A DNA stretch of 64,000 nucleotides, taken from positions 65,001 to 129,000 of the forward strand of contig JAJYDJ010000003.1 of assembly GCA_021777565.1 (NCBI GenBank), given 5' to 3'. The number at the start of each line of letters is the position of its first letter. Positions within the stretch are counted from its first letter, which is position 1. The notes below the pieces were generated by a model, which worked only from the letters and a program-made list of their open reading frames with translations, searched no databases and had not been told where the DNA came from. The translations under genes were made by a program, and so were the position numbers. This document shows, in pieces, positions 27,306 to 37,841 of the stretch. This DNA is from a bacterium. Its GTDB lineage: Bacteria; Patescibacteriota; Microgenomatia; Levybacterales; UBA12049.

Positions 27306-28481
27306 ATGCAAAATAAACACTTTCACGCACCACAACGTGCACAAAAGAAGCCTAAAACTATCTCACAGAATGATTTAGTAGCACTTATTGCCTCAAGCAA
27401 GATAGAAAAAAGTACCTATCTTGAGCCAGAGATTGTTGATGCACAAGTAAAAACATTTGATGAATTCGCTATCTCCCAACAGCTCTTGCAAAATATTTTG
27501 AGCAAAGGCTATACCCAGCCAACACCAATTCAGGCGCAGGCCATCCCAGCAATTCTTGCAGACAGGGATGTAATTGGTATTGCAGATACAGGGACAGGAA
27601 AGACAGCTGCATTTTTGATCCCACTCATTGAAAAAGTTGTGAAACAGCCTACAGAAAAAGTACTTATTATCACGCCAACACGTGAGCTGGCGGTGCAGAT
27701 TCGTGATGAACTCGCTTCATTTACCGATGGGTTCTCTATCAAGTCCACACTCTTGATCGGTGGTATGAATATCGAAAGACAAAAACAAAATTTGAAAGAG
27801 AATCCTCACTTTGTTATCGGGACGCCCGGCAGAATAAAAGATCTTTTGAAAAGCCCTCACTTTTCTCTTACTCAATTCACTAACGTTGTCTTGGACGAAG
27901 CAGATCGCATGGTCGATATTGGTTTTATACACGATATCAAATATTTCATAAGCCTCCTCCCTCAACAACGCCTTTCACTCTTTTTCTCTGCAACGATAAA
28001 TCATAAAGTAAAAGAGATTTTAGAGAAATTTGTTTCTAACCCAATTACTATTTCAATAAAACAAAAAGAGACAGCACCTTTGGTTGAGCAAAGGCTTATT
28101 CGCCTAGAACCTGGCATGAATAAAATTGACACACTACATGACCTTTTAGTACGTGAAAATTGTACCAAAGCCATACTTTTTGGCCGAACCAAATGGGGAA
28201 TAGAACATCTTGAGAAAGACCTTGTCAGGAGAGGTTTTCATGTGGCAGCAATACATGGGAATAAAAATCAGAATCAGAGACAGCGCGCAATTACACAATT
28301 TAAAGAAGGACTAGTACAAATTCTTTTAGCAACAGACGTCGCATCTCGAGGACTAGACATCCCAGACGTGACTCATGTGATCAACTATGATCTACCAGCA
28401 ACCCATGAGGACTATATTCACCGCATAGGAAGAACTGGGCGTGCACAAAAACAAGGAATTGCATTTACCTTTCTAACGTAA
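27306..28481 (+). CDS. DEAD-box ATP-dependent RNA helicase
   Basis: The Q motif is PTPIQ. Walker A is ADTGTGKT. PTRELA is present. DEAD is VLDEADRM. SAT is present. HRIGRTGR is present. Confidence 0.9.
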   Translation: MQNKHFHAPQRAQKKPKTISQNDLVALIASSKIEKSTYLEPEIVDAQVKTFDEFAISQQLLQNILSKGYTQPTPIQAQAIPAILADRDVIGIADTGTGKTAAFLIPLIEKVVKQPTEKVLIITPTRELAVQIRDELASFTDGFSIKSTLLIGGMNIERQKQNLKENPHFVIGTPGRIKDLLKSPHFSLTQFTNVVLDEADRMVDIGFIHDIKYFISLLPQQRLSLFFSATINHKVKEILEKFVSNPITISIKQKETAPLVEQRLIRLEPGMNKIDTLHDLLVRENCTKAILFGRTKWGIEHLEKDLVRRGFHVAAIHGNKNQNQRQRAITQFKEGLVQILLATDVASRGLDIPDVTHVINYDLPATHEDYIHRIGRTGRAQKQGIAFTFLT

Positions 28482-28615
28482 CCAACAATACTTACGGAAC
28501 ATGTGCTATACTATATATAGACATACCTTGTCTACCACATCAGTGGTCGTTTATTACAGCTTATAAACCTTTACGTTTTAGCATTAGCTTCTTACACACG
28601 TTACAATACAAAAAT

Positions 28616-28867
28616 ATGAAAAATACGTCTGAAAAACTAGCCCCTTGCACCCGTTGTGGGAGTGAACAAATAGTTGCAAAGACATGGACTGAAAATGTTC
28701 CAAATCTTGTTGGGACAACAACCGTACAATATTCAATTATGGTCTGTACCAATGAAGCATGTCAAAAAGAATTTGATCAAAACCGTCTAAAAGAGAAAGA
28801 AAAGAGACAGCAACTGCAACTCCAGAAGGAAGAACGAACAAAAAACAACGCCAAGAAAAAAGCATAA
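28616..28867 (+). CDS. small zinc-ribbon protein with Lys/Glu-rich tail
   Basis: CTRCGS...CTNEAC gives two Cys pairs in 83 aa. Confidence 0.4.
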   Translation: MKNTSEKLAPCTRCGSEQIVAKTWTENVPNLVGTTTVQYSIMVCTNEACQKEFDQNRLKEKEKRQQLQLQKEERTKNNAKKKA

Positions 28868-28901
28868 CCCTTTTTAACCTTCACCAATTACAAACCAGAC
28901 A

Positions 28902-28928
28902 TTGACAAATCCTAGAGAGTGCTATAAT
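28902..28928 (+). promoter_or_regulatory. sigma70-like promoter with extended -10 (TTGACA ... TGcTATAAT), apparently producing a leaderless mRNA
   Basis: TTGACA is at 28902-07. TGCTATAAT is at 28920-28. The start codon at 28936 lies only 8 nt after the -10 element. Confidence 0.45.
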
Positions 28929-28935
28929 AGCGATT

Positions 28936-29988
28936 GTGACACAAATAACATCACATCTTGGCCTGACATATGATGACGTCATATTAAGACCTCAGTATTC
29001 TGATATTAGATCCCGAAGTGATGTTAATACTTCTGTAGAATTAGCAAAAGGCATTACCTTACGAATTCCCCTTATTGCAGCCAGCATGCATACCGTTATT
29101 TCTGTCGAGCTAGCCACCAAACTGTGGGAACTTGGAGGTATCGCACAACTGCATCAATTTCAAAGTATTGAAAAAGAGGTTGAGATGCTCAAGGAGATAA
29201 AGAAGAGAAATGCAAAAGTTATCGGGGTTGTAGGAGCAGTACGAGAAACATATGAACGAGCTAAAGCATTAGTAGAAGAGGGCGTGGATATGCTCAGTAT
29301 CGATACCCCCCATGCACATAGTATCTATGCAATAGAGGCAACGAAAAAATTAAAGAAAGAATTCCCCAACATTCCTTTACTCGTTGGTACAGTTGCTACA
29401 AAAGAAGGAGTTGAAGACCTCATAAAGGCAGGTGCTGACTCAATAAAATTTGGAGTTGGCGCAGGTGCAGCGTGCACAACGCGCATCAGTGCAGGAGTTG
29501 GTGTCCCACAGTTTAGTGCCATTCTTGATGGCATTTTAGGAATGCATGATAGTGGGGTTACTCTCATCGCAGATGGCGGCATTAAGATCCCTGCTGACCT
29601 TGCAAAAGCGATTGGAGCAGGAGCACATGCTGTCATGGCAGGGAAAATCTTTGCTGGGACTGACGAAGCACCATCTGAACTGGTTGAGAAAGATGGAAAG
29701 AAATACAAAATATACATGGGTGAAGCTTCAGCTGCATCAAAGGCTGATCGCGCAAAAAATGACCCGAACTATAAAGGGAAAACAGATGAGTATGTAGAAG
29801 GTGATGCTGGACTTATTCCTTATGGCGGAAGTCTTGAGTCAGTGGTTAATGCATTTTTGAATGGACTTCGCTCTGGTATGAGCTATTCAGGAGCACGGAC
29901 TGTACAAGAATTTCACGAAAAGGCCATCTTTATGCAAGTTTCACAAAGTGCTCAGGTAGAAAGCGCTGCACATGGACTTATTAAATAA
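28936..29988 (+). CDS. IMP dehydrogenase/GMP reductase family protein (no CBS insert)
   Basis: It is a TIM-barrel protein. GVGAGAACTTRISAGVGVPQ matches the IMPDH/GMPR catalytic-Cys loop G.G.GSICTTR. The protein is 350 aa. Confidence 0.8.
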   Translation: MTQITSHLGLTYDDVILRPQYSDIRSRSDVNTSVELAKGITLRIPLIAASMHTVISVELATKLWELGGIAQLHQFQSIEKEVEMLKEIKKRNAKVIGVVGAVRETYERAKALVEEGVDMLSIDTPHAHSIYAIEATKKLKKEFPNIPLLVGTVATKEGVEDLIKAGADSIKFGVGAGAACTTRISAGVGVPQFSAILDGILGMHDSGVTLIADGGIKIPADLAKAIGAGAHAVMAGKIFAGTDEAPSELVEKDGKKYKIYMGEASAASKADRAKNDPNYKGKTDEYVEGDAGLIPYGGSLESVVNAFLNGLRSGMSYSGARTVQEFHEKAIFMQVSQSAQVESAAHGLIK

Positions 29989-30036
29989 TTCTCTCTTCAT
30001 TTGACTAATCAATACGTCTGAACTAGAGTAAAAGTA

Positions 30037-31317
30037 ATGGGGCAGTTAATCCAAAATTTTCAAGATCTTGCAATAACTCCTGAAAGAAAAGCCGTTCTGG
30101 AAGTTATTGAAGCAGGACTCCAAGCAATTCAACCTAAAAAAATTCTTCAAGATAATTTTATCAAAAACAATTCACTCCTGAGTATAAAAGGAAAACAATT
30201 TGATCTCAGTTCCTACAAAAGAGTTTTCCTTATTGGATTTGGTAAGGGATCTGCCGGCATCGCGCAAGACATTGAAGATATTCTGGGGGATACCCTCACT
30301 GATGGGTATGTTATTGATAACGTAGCACAGCAATTTAAAAAAATACATTTTACCCTTGGCACTCACCCACTGCCTTCTCAACAAAATATCGACTTCACAA
30401 AGCAGGTCTTAGCCAGTATTCATGATCTCAATGAAGACGATCTAGTACTCGTTGTGGTGTGTGGTGGTGGATCAGCGATGTTCGAATCCCCACATATAGC
30501 GACCCTTGATGAGTTGGATCGTATCTCACAGGCACTTCTTAAAAGTGGTGCTGATATTGAAGAAATCAATGTTATTCGCAAACATCTTTCCCAAGTAAAA
30601 GGAGGCGATCTTGCCTATCATCTATACCCTGGGACCGTCGTCTCGCTCATTTTTTCTGACGTGCCAGGAAGTGATCTGTCAGTCATCGCATCGGGACCGA
30701 CTGTCCAAGACAAAACAACATTGGAAGAAGCACATGAGATTATTACCAAGTATCATATCAATCAAGCTGTTCCAAATATAGAGAATATGATGCAACGACT
30801 TCATTCAGACGAAAAATACTTTATCCATGTTCATAATATTCTTATTGCCAGTAATCTGGATGCACTCAAGGCGATGCAGGAGAAAGCAGCAGAGTTGCAT
30901 ATCACTACATCAATTTTTTCAGACAAAGTTCAAGGTGATGCGAAGACAATAGGGAAAGAGCTCCTTGGAAATGCGCCGGAACATAGCATGATGCTTGCAG
31001 GTGGAGAGACAACGGTGGTTGTGAAGGGCAGTGGCAAAGGAGGGCGTAATCAGACGGTTGTGGTAGCATCTCTCCCCTATCTTAAAAACAATGAGGTGAT
31101 TGCATCCATCGGTTCTGATGGACTCGACTATTATTATTTTGCGGGAGCAATTGGTGACATGAAGACCAGTGAAAAGGCCAAACAAAAAGGCCTTGACCCA
31201 CAAGTTTTTCTGGACAATGATAATACGTATGAGTTTCTTTCACAAATTGGAGACGGTATATATACTGGGAAACTTGAATCAAATGTTTCAGACTTAATGG
31301 TAGTCTATAAACCATAA
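30037..31317 (+). CDS. glycerate kinase (MOFRL family, glycerate 2-kinase)
   Basis: The N-terminus is typical of the GckA/TtuD family. LAGGETTVVVKGSGKGGRNQ is the MOFRL signature. Confidence 0.8.
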   Translation: MGQLIQNFQDLAITPERKAVLEVIEAGLQAIQPKKILQDNFIKNNSLLSIKGKQFDLSSYKRVFLIGFGKGSAGIAQDIEDILGDTLTDGYVIDNVAQQFKKIHFTLGTHPLPSQQNIDFTKQVLASIHDLNEDDLVLVVVCGGGSAMFESPHIATLDELDRISQALLKSGADIEEINVIRKHLSQVKGGDLAYHLYPGTVVSLIFSDVPGSDLSVIASGPTVQDKTTLEEAHEIITKYHINQAVPNIENMMQRLHSDEKYFIHVHNILIASNLDALKAMQEKAAELHITTSIFSDKVQGDAKTIGKELLGNAPEHSMMLAGGETTVVVKGSGKGGRNQTVVVASLPYLKNNEVIASIGSDGLDYYYFAGAIGDMKTSEKAKQKGLDPQVFLDNDNTYEFLSQIGDGIYTGKLESNVSDLMVVYKP

Positions 31318-31322
31318 CGAAT

Positions 31323-32186
31323 ATGTCTATAGATCTCACAGACGAACAAATTATTGATTTGGAAGAAAAAGCCAATACGATCAGAGAGCTAATTATTAGC
31401 TCATTGGTTGAAGCTGGTTCAGGACATTCCGCAGGCCCGTTGGGCATGGCAGATATTTTCACGGCACTGTATTTTCATATTCTTAATCATGATCCCCAAA
31501 ACCCTGAGTGGGAGGATAGAGATAGGCTTATTTTATCCAATGGACACATTTGTCCTGTCAGATATGCCGCTATGGCACTCGCAGGATATTTCCCTGTTGA
31601 GGAATTAAAAACCTTACGAAAAATAAATTCACGTCTGCAAGGACATCCACATCGAACGGCACTTCCAGGACTTGAGACGACATCAGGGCCACTAGGAGAG
31701 GGTCTATCGCAGGCAATTGGTGTCGCGTTGGCGGCACGACTCGATCAAAAAAGATACACCGTGTACTGTCTTACTTCAGATGGAGAACATCAGGAAGGCA
31801 ATACCTGGGAAGCTGCAATGTTTGCAGGTAAACACAAACTCCACAATCTTATTCAAGTCATGGATCGCAATCATATCCAGATCGATGGCTTTACTGAACA
31901 AGTCATGCCCCTAGAGCCTCTTAGGGATAAATATCGTGCATTTGGCTGGGAAGTTATTGAAGTAGATGGGAATAATATTCATGCATTCGTGGATGCAGTC
32001 AATCAAGCCAAGGCAACACAAGAAAAACCAGTCTTAATACTTGCTCACACTATCCCAGGAGAAGGAGTGGATTTTATGGAAAATGATTTTCACTGGCATG
32101 GAACACCACCTAACCCAGAACAGGCCAAGAAAGCACTTGCTGAACTGCGTACCCTTGGGGGTAAGATTGTCAGTGAGCAAGAATAA
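31323..32186 (+). CDS. transketolase, N-terminal subunit (split Tkt)
   Basis: SGHSAGPLGMADIFTALYF and LSNGH are the TPP-binding transketolase N-terminal motifs. Confidence 0.9.
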   Translation: MSIDLTDEQIIDLEEKANTIRELIISSLVEAGSGHSAGPLGMADIFTALYFHILNHDPQNPEWEDRDRLILSNGHICPVRYAAMALAGYFPVEELKTLRKINSRLQGHPHRTALPGLETTSGPLGEGLSQAIGVALAARLDQKRYTVYCLTSDGEHQEGNTWEAAMFAGKHKLHNLIQVMDRNHIQIDGFTEQVMPLEPLRDKYRAFGWEVIEVDGNNIHAFVDAVNQAKATQEKPVLILAHTIPGEGVDFMENDFHWHGTPPNPEQAKKALAELRTLGGKIVSEQE

Positions 32187-32189
32187 CAT

Positions 32190-33179
32190 ATGTTAAATCC
32201 GAAATTACATCTCAATCCTAAACTGTTTGATACAGACGTTGAGCAAAAAGCGACACGCGATGGGTATGGAGAGGCTTTAGTGGCCCTCGGCGAGGCTGAC
32301 AAACGGGTAGTGGCACTTACTGCAGATCTTGCTGAATCAACCAGAACTGAAGCATTCGCGACAAAATTCCCAGAGAGATTTTTTGAGTGTGGCGTGGCAG
32401 AGCAGAATATGGCTGCGATTGCGGCAGGACTTGCAGTCACAGGCAAAATACCATTTATTTCCTCCTACGCTACCTTCTCTCCTGGCAAAAATTTAGAGAC
32501 TATCCGAACAACTATCATCTATAACAATGCCAACGTGAAGATCGCCGGGCATCACAGTGGCATCATGACAGGGCCCGATGGGGCTACCCATCAAGCCACG
32601 GAAGATATTGCCATCATGAGAGCGCTCCCTGATGTGCAGGTAGTTGTCCCGTGTGATGCAATTGAGGCAAAGAAAGCAACTATGGCTGCAGGCACGTACG
32701 TAGGGCCTGTGTATCTACGTTTTACTCGTGACAAGACACCGCTGATAACCACCGAAGATACGCCATTTGATGGGACTGTGCAACAATTTTGGGTTACTGA
32801 TCATCCGGTTGTGACAATTTTTGCCACAGGATACATGCTTATGTATGCACTTCTTGCAGCTAAAGAACTCGAAGGAGAAGGAATCTCTGTCATCGTTGCC
32901 AATGTAGCCAGTATTAAACCTCTGGATGAAGCCACAGTTCTCTCACTTGTACAAGAGTCAGGGGCAGCAGTCACTGTGGAAGACCATCAAGTTATGGGAG
33001 GCTTAGGAGGACTGATCGCAGAAGTATGTGCGAAAAATCATCCTGTCCCAATGGAATTTATTGGACTGCAAAATACGTTTGGTGAGTCAGGGAAACCTGC
33101 AGAGCTTATCGAAAAATATGGCATGGGCAAAGAAAGTATTAAACAAGCGGTAAAAAAAGTGATTGAAAGAAAAAAATAA
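32190..33179 (+). CDS. transketolase, C-terminal subunit
   Basis: It contains the pyrimidine-binding domain and the C-terminal domain. It immediately follows the N-terminal subunit gene. Confidence 0.9.
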   Translation: MLNPKLHLNPKLFDTDVEQKATRDGYGEALVALGEADKRVVALTADLAESTRTEAFATKFPERFFECGVAEQNMAAIAAGLAVTGKIPFISSYATFSPGKNLETIRTTIIYNNANVKIAGHHSGIMTGPDGATHQATEDIAIMRALPDVQVVVPCDAIEAKKATMAAGTYVGPVYLRFTRDKTPLITTEDTPFDGTVQQFWVTDHPVVTIFATGYMLMYALLAAKELEGEGISVIVANVASIKPLDEATVLSLVQESGAAVTVEDHQVMGGLGGLIAEVCAKNHPVPMEFIGLQNTFGESGKPAELIEKYGMGKESIKQAVKKVIERKK

Positions 33180-33180
33180 T

Positions 33181-34833
33181 ATGGATACCCAACTTATAGA
33201 AAAACTCAAAGCAATCATCTCAGGAGAAGTCATGAGTGATAACGAGACACTGCAAACATATTCTCATGACGCATCGCTTTTCGAGGTCATGCCACAAGTG
33301 GTTGTGGCTCCAAAAGACGCCAAAGATGTACAAGCGCTCGTGAGTTTTGTTACTGAACAAAAGAAAAAGTATCCCAGTCTTTCACTCACTGGCAGATCAG
33401 CCGGCACCGATATGGGAGGAGGATCTATCAATGATGGCATTATCGTTTCATTTACCCAGCATTTCAATCACACCCCAACTGTAAAAGGTACTGTCGCCAC
33501 AACTGAGCCAGGTGTTTTTTACCGTGACTTTGAGAAAGAGACCCTCAAACATAATTTAATTTTCCCCTCCTACCCTGCTAGTCGAGAAATTTGTGCAATG
33601 GGTGGCATTGTGAATAACAACTCAGGTGGAGAGAAGTCTCTGCAGTACGGAAAAACGGAAAAGTATGTCAAGCGAGTGAAAGTTGTCCTCTCTGACGGAA
33701 AGATTTATGAATTTAAACCACTCACAGAGACTGAACTGAAGAAGAAAATGACGCAGAAAGATTTTGAAGGTAAATTATATAAAGAATTATATGCTCTTAT
33801 TTCAGAGAATTATGACCTTCTGCAAAAAGCAAAACCTAAAGTTACCAAAAACTCAGCAGGATACTATTTGTGGAATGTTTGGGACAAAGATAAGAAAATT
33901 TTCGACCTGACAAAATTATGGGTTGGTGCACAGGGCACGCTGGGGATGCTTCTTGAAGCTGATATTGAACTTGTCCCCGTGCATAAACATCACGAAATGG
34001 AAGTCATATTTCTGCATGACATGAGCCATCTCAAGCAGATTGTGGATACCATCCTGCCTCTGCAACCAGAAAGTTTCGAGAGTTATGATGACAATACCTT
34101 AAAACTGGCCTTGCGATACTTTCCGGAGTTTATCCATCAACTAGGCATCGGTGGGATGATAGAGGCAGGATTTGCCTTCATGCCAGCATTTATGGATATG
34201 CTTCTGGGACGACTTCCCAAGCTTATCTTACAGGTGGATTTTGCCGGGGATGATCCAGACGAACTGAAGCAAAAGATTGCAACACTTCGTGAGAAATTAA
34301 GACCGCTACACCCACAGACAACTATTGCGGTTGATGAACAGGAGAAAAAATATTGGCTCGTACGCCGTGAGAGCTTTAATTTATTGAGAAAGAAAGTACG
34401 CAATCTTCATACCGCACCATTTATCGATGATATTGTGGTTGATTGGCATGATTTTGCAACAGTATTTACCGAAGTAAGTAACATTCTGAAAAAACACAAA
34501 GAGTTTATCTTTGCCGGACAGGGTCATGTGGGAGATGGAAATTTTCACATTATTCCACTCGTAGATATCGCCAACCCAAAAGTCAGGCAGTTAATTCCAG
34601 AAATTTCCAAACAAGTATATAGCCTGGTCATCGCTCACCATGGGTCCATCACCGGTGAGCATAATGATGGGCTTATCCGTACACCATATCTAGAGGAGAT
34701 GTATGGCAAAGATATTGTCGAGCTTTTTAGAAAAACAAAAGAGATTTTTGATCCAGAAGATATCTTTAATCCCCGAAAGAAAATTGGTGGGACAATAGAA
34801 TATGCGATGAGCCATATCCGTGAGAATTGGTGA
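33181..34833 (+). CDS. FAD-linked oxidase (GlcD / D-lactate dehydrogenase-like)
   Basis: The FAD-binding PCMH domain LTGRSAGTDMGGGS is present, with the typical C-terminal domain. The start is set at M7 (33181), just after the upstream stop. Confidence 0.8.
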   Translation: MDTQLIEKLKAIISGEVMSDNETLQTYSHDASLFEVMPQVVVAPKDAKDVQALVSFVTEQKKKYPSLSLTGRSAGTDMGGGSINDGIIVSFTQHFNHTPTVKGTVATTEPGVFYRDFEKETLKHNLIFPSYPASREICAMGGIVNNNSGGEKSLQYGKTEKYVKRVKVVLSDGKIYEFKPLTETELKKKMTQKDFEGKLYKELYALISENYDLLQKAKPKVTKNSAGYYLWNVWDKDKKIFDLTKLWVGAQGTLGMLLEADIELVPVHKHHEMEVIFLHDMSHLKQIVDTILPLQPESFESYDDNTLKLALRYFPEFIHQLGIGGMIEAGFAFMPAFMDMLLGRLPKLILQVDFAGDDPDELKQKIATLREKLRPLHPQTTIAVDEQEKKYWLVRRESFNLLRKKVRNLHTAPFIDDIVVDWHDFATVFTEVSNILKKHKEFIFAGQGHVGDGNFHIIPLVDIANPKVRQLIPEISKQVYSLVIAHHGSITGEHNDGLIRTPYLEEMYGKDIVELFRKTKEIFDPEDIFNPRKKIGGTIEYAMSHIRENW

Positions 34834-34863
34834 TGTGACCTGCAACGAGTATACTAAGAATAG

Positions 34864-35898
34864 ATGAAAAAAGTTTTCTTGTTTTTAATTACTTTTGTGG
34901 TGCTTATTGTCCTCTCCCCAAAGATCGTCTCAGCTCATGAGGCATATGTACTCACCCAACAAGAGTTTCAGCAAGGCAGTAGTGTAATCACAACCAACCC
35001 ACTTGCTCCACTCTTAACACCAGAGTACTTTCAAATCTCATCATTTATTACGTTCTGTGTTGTGCTCGCCTATCTCTTAGTAATTCTTTGGTCTCTTACT
35101 CCCTGGGCAAAAGTTGCTGACGGCATAATTAAGAAAGCACATGGGATAGGCCCACTCATCATACGACTTGCAGTTAGCAGCTCATTTTTCTTTGCAGCAC
35201 AGGCCAACTGCTTTCTAGGACCAGAGCTTTCTCTTGCGAGCATTCCGGGCGGCCAGATTCTCCGGTTCTTAGCATACGTTATAGCCATTATGGTATTCCT
35301 TGGATTTTTCACAGAGATTGTTGCGGCCCTCGCGCTAGGAATTTTCTTGTATAGTAGCTATTTTTTTGGCGCCTATATGATGACCTATGCGAATTATTTT
35401 GGAGAATTTCTCATTTTAATGCTCTTCGGATCACGCTTTGTGTCCCTTGACCAGCTTTTGTTTGGGAACAAACTACTTTTCACGAAACTTAAAAAATATA
35501 CGAGCTTAGAAACGCCAATCGTACGAATCCTGTACGGGTTTGGACTCATTTATGCTGGATATAACATCAAATTTGTTCATCAAATTCTCACCATATGGGT
35601 CTATAACCAATACCATTTGCAAGACTTCTTCCACGCATCAGCAGGGTTTATCGCAGCTGGAGCAGGTCTATCAGAGATTCTCATTGGCTTTTTTATCATG
35701 ATCGGGTTTGCGATGCGTTTTACTATTCTTATTTCACTCGTATTCATCACACTTTCGCTCATCTATTTCCATGAGCTTCTTTGGCCACATATTATTCTCT
35801 ACGGTATTTCATTCTCACTGCTTATCAACTCGGGAGATTTCCTGACAATAGATCACTACATCAAGCCACTCATGAGGAAACTTATTGGTAAGAAATAG
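34864..35898 (+). CDS. hypothetical polytopic membrane protein
   Basis: There are about 8 predicted TM helices. No catalytic motif was recognised. Confidence 0.5.
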   Translation: MKKVFLFLITFVVLIVLSPKIVSAHEAYVLTQQEFQQGSSVITTNPLAPLLTPEYFQISSFITFCVVLAYLLVILWSLTPWAKVADGIIKKAHGIGPLIIRLAVSSSFFFAAQANCFLGPELSLASIPGGQILRFLAYVIAIMVFLGFFTEIVAALALGIFLYSSYFFGAYMMTYANYFGEFLILMLFGSRFVSLDQLLFGNKLLFTKLKKYTSLETPIVRILYGFGLIYAGYNIKFVHQILTIWVYNQYHLQDFFHASAGFIAAGAGLSEILIGFFIMIGFAMRFTILISLVFITLSLIYFHELLWPHIILYGISFSLLINSGDFLTIDHYIKPLMRKLIGKK

Positions 35899-36367
35899 TT
35901 ATTACGTCGTTTGGCCGCAGTGGTGTTTCTCTGCCTGAATTTACTTCTTTCCCATTCACAAGGATGTGGACTCGATGTCCAGACTCAACTTTATAGGTCA
36001 TAATTTGCGTATTGGAGAAGGTCTTGTGCCAGACATCGAAGAATTGTCCTAGAGTATACGTACTGGTATCATTTGCTCTGATATAAACTACGCCACTTGC
36101 ATCAGTCGTATACATGGTATGCATACATTTCCCGTAGTCATAGCCAATCCTTGGTTCCAAAGGATATGGCTGACCATCCACGGTGATCGTGATATGCACT
36201 TGGAATGCCTGACGCACAGGCTGTGTCGTGTCAAAACAAGGGACAGTCGGAAGACCTTGATAGACAGAGCTTGTGAGGGCAGACTGGTACAGATACCATG
36301 CACCAAGAAAGATACAGACTATACCACCCAAAATAGCTATCTTTTTACCAGGATGTTTCATGAACAC
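35882..36367 (-). CDS. hypothetical exported/membrane-anchored protein
   Basis: 161 aa with an N-terminal TM/signal anchor. Confidence 0.45.
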   Translation of the reverse strand: MFMKHPGKKIAILGGIVCIFLGAWYLYQSALTSSVYQGLPTVPCFDTTQPVRQAFQVHITITVDGQPYPLEPRIGYDYGKCMHTMYTTDASGVVYIRANDTSTYTLGQFFDVWHKTFSNTQIMTYKVESGHRVHILVNGKEVNSGRETPLRPNDVITISYQ

Positions 36368-36399
36368 TCTTTTATTGTAGCAAATAGAAGAAAGTTTGA

Positions 36400-37275
36400 T
36401 TAGGCAGCAACGACTTCACCAACCGCTGGTTTGTGAGCAATGATGACAGCACGGACTCTGATCCCAGCCTCTCCATGGCCATATCCTTGTCCCATATAGT
36501 TATCATACGCTTGGGGATCAATATCTCGCACGTCGTCCCCATCAGGAATTGGAAGTTCTTCAATACGATCGATGACAAACCCAGCGTCACGAATAATCTG
36601 GGCACTACGATCTACTTCACGATAGTAATTCGTGCCTTGCCCACCCCATGGGAAATTGGTGACAAAAGGACCTTCTTCAGTCACATGCTCCGTGTGTGCA
36701 ACACGTTGAGGGTCCGTCCAGATAGTTACTAACCGGCCACCCGGTTTGAGTGCATCAAGGGTGTTTCTCGAAGTTGCTGCGAGTGCCTCATTACTTAAAT
36801 GCTCATCTACCATATGTCGCACAGCTACATCAAAGTGATCTGAAGGGAGCTCAACTGTGCTTAAATCACCCACGATAAAATGAGCTTCTGGGATGTCCTG
36901 CTGGGCAAGGGCAACTTGATCTGGACTAATTTCGACACCAGTAATATTTTGAGGCTGCGCACCCATCGCGATCAGCTGTTTGGTAATTCTGCCACTCGCG
37001 CTTCCTCCGTCATAAATTTGTGCCTGAGAAAGATCCATATCTGCCAATGAGTGTTCTAGTGCGGGACGACCTACAGCCTCCCATGAAAGTAGCTTCGGGG
37101 CTTTTGTATGGAATGCCTCGGCACCAGCATCATAAACTTGTGCGTTATTTGTAAGATCCATACCTGATCTTCTTGAGGTAGTATCCTCAGTCGCAGCCTC
37201 AACCGTAGTGTCTTCAGCCTGGACATCGTGCTCATCATTGAGTGCCATGGGTGTTATTTTACGTTTCATAGTCAC
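36400..37275 (-). CDS. class I SAM-dependent methyltransferase
   Basis: Motif I-like IYDGGSASGRIT. Later motifs are VGDLS and LKPGGRLV. The gene is markedly more GC-rich than its neighbours. Confidence 0.7.
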   Translation of the reverse strand: MTMKRKITPMALNDEHDVQAEDTTVEAATEDTTSRRSGMDLTNNAQVYDAGAEAFHTKAPKLLSWEAVGRPALEHSLADMDLSQAQIYDGGSASGRITKQLIAMGAQPQNITGVEISPDQVALAQQDIPEAHFIVGDLSTVELPSDHFDVAVRHMVDEHLSNEALAATSRNTLDALKPGGRLVTIWTDPQRVAHTEHVTEEGPFVTNFPWGGQGTNYYREVDRSAQIIRDAGFVIDRIEELPIPDGDDVRDIDPQAYDNYMGQGYGHGEAGIRVRAVIIAHKPAVGEVVAA

Positions 37276-37406
37276 TAATTACAATATATCATTTTGTAGG
37301 TGAATTTTCTCTCTCTTTCTAAGAAATAAGAAAATAACGCCTGAGACACAGGTCACAGATACCCCCTTGACAGTAGCCTATAGGAGTATTATGATGCCTT
37401 TCAACT

Positions 37407-37841
37407 ATGGCACAATTTACTGAAGCTGACGTCCAAATAGCGCTCGTTGACGATGAGGCAGACATTAGAGATATCATACAGGGCATTCTTATTGATGAAG
37501 GTGTTGCCCCTGAGAGAATTACTCAATTTAGGAATGGTGGGGAAGCCATGGATGCACTACGCCAAAATGGACTCGAAGGCATTGCCTCTGGTCGCAGACC
37601 AGCCATCGTCCTCCAGGATGGGAAATGTGGTGGAGGAGTGACAGGCGTTGAGGTAACCCAAGCGATTCGAGATGAACAAGATAAAGAAGAGCAAGCCACG
37701 GGTTCACGCCGTAATGTCTATGTGATTGCAGTCACTGCAGAGAGTAATATGACCTATGGTGATGAAAAAATTCAAAAGCCATTTAACCTCACTGATCTTC
37801 TTGATGCGGTTGACCGCGGTAAACAAGCCGTACTTGCCTAA
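37407..37841 (+). CDS. stand-alone response-regulator receiver (CheY-like) protein
   Basis: IALVDDEADIRDII has the acidic pocket. A (beta-alpha)5 pattern is present. There is no output domain. Confidence 0.6.
   Translation: MAQFTEADVQIALVDDEADIRDIIQGILIDEGVAPERITQFRNGGEAMDALRQNGLEGIASGRRPAIVLQDGKCGGGVTGVEVTQAIRDEQDKEEQATGSRRNVYVIAVTAESNMTYGDEKIQKPFNLTDLLDAVDRGKQAVLA

Noticed and set aside
27151-27342. 63-aa - strand ORF spanning the junction gap
   Set aside because: It lies in an AT-rich intergenic region and overlaps the start of the DEAD-box helicase gene. Its amino-acid composition is low-complexity. It is likely spurious.
29325-29717. 130-aa - strand ORF inside the IMPDH-family gene
   Set aside because: It is an Ala/Pro-rich shadow frame antisense to a conserved TIM-barrel enzyme gene. 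It is an artefact of GC-rich codon positions.
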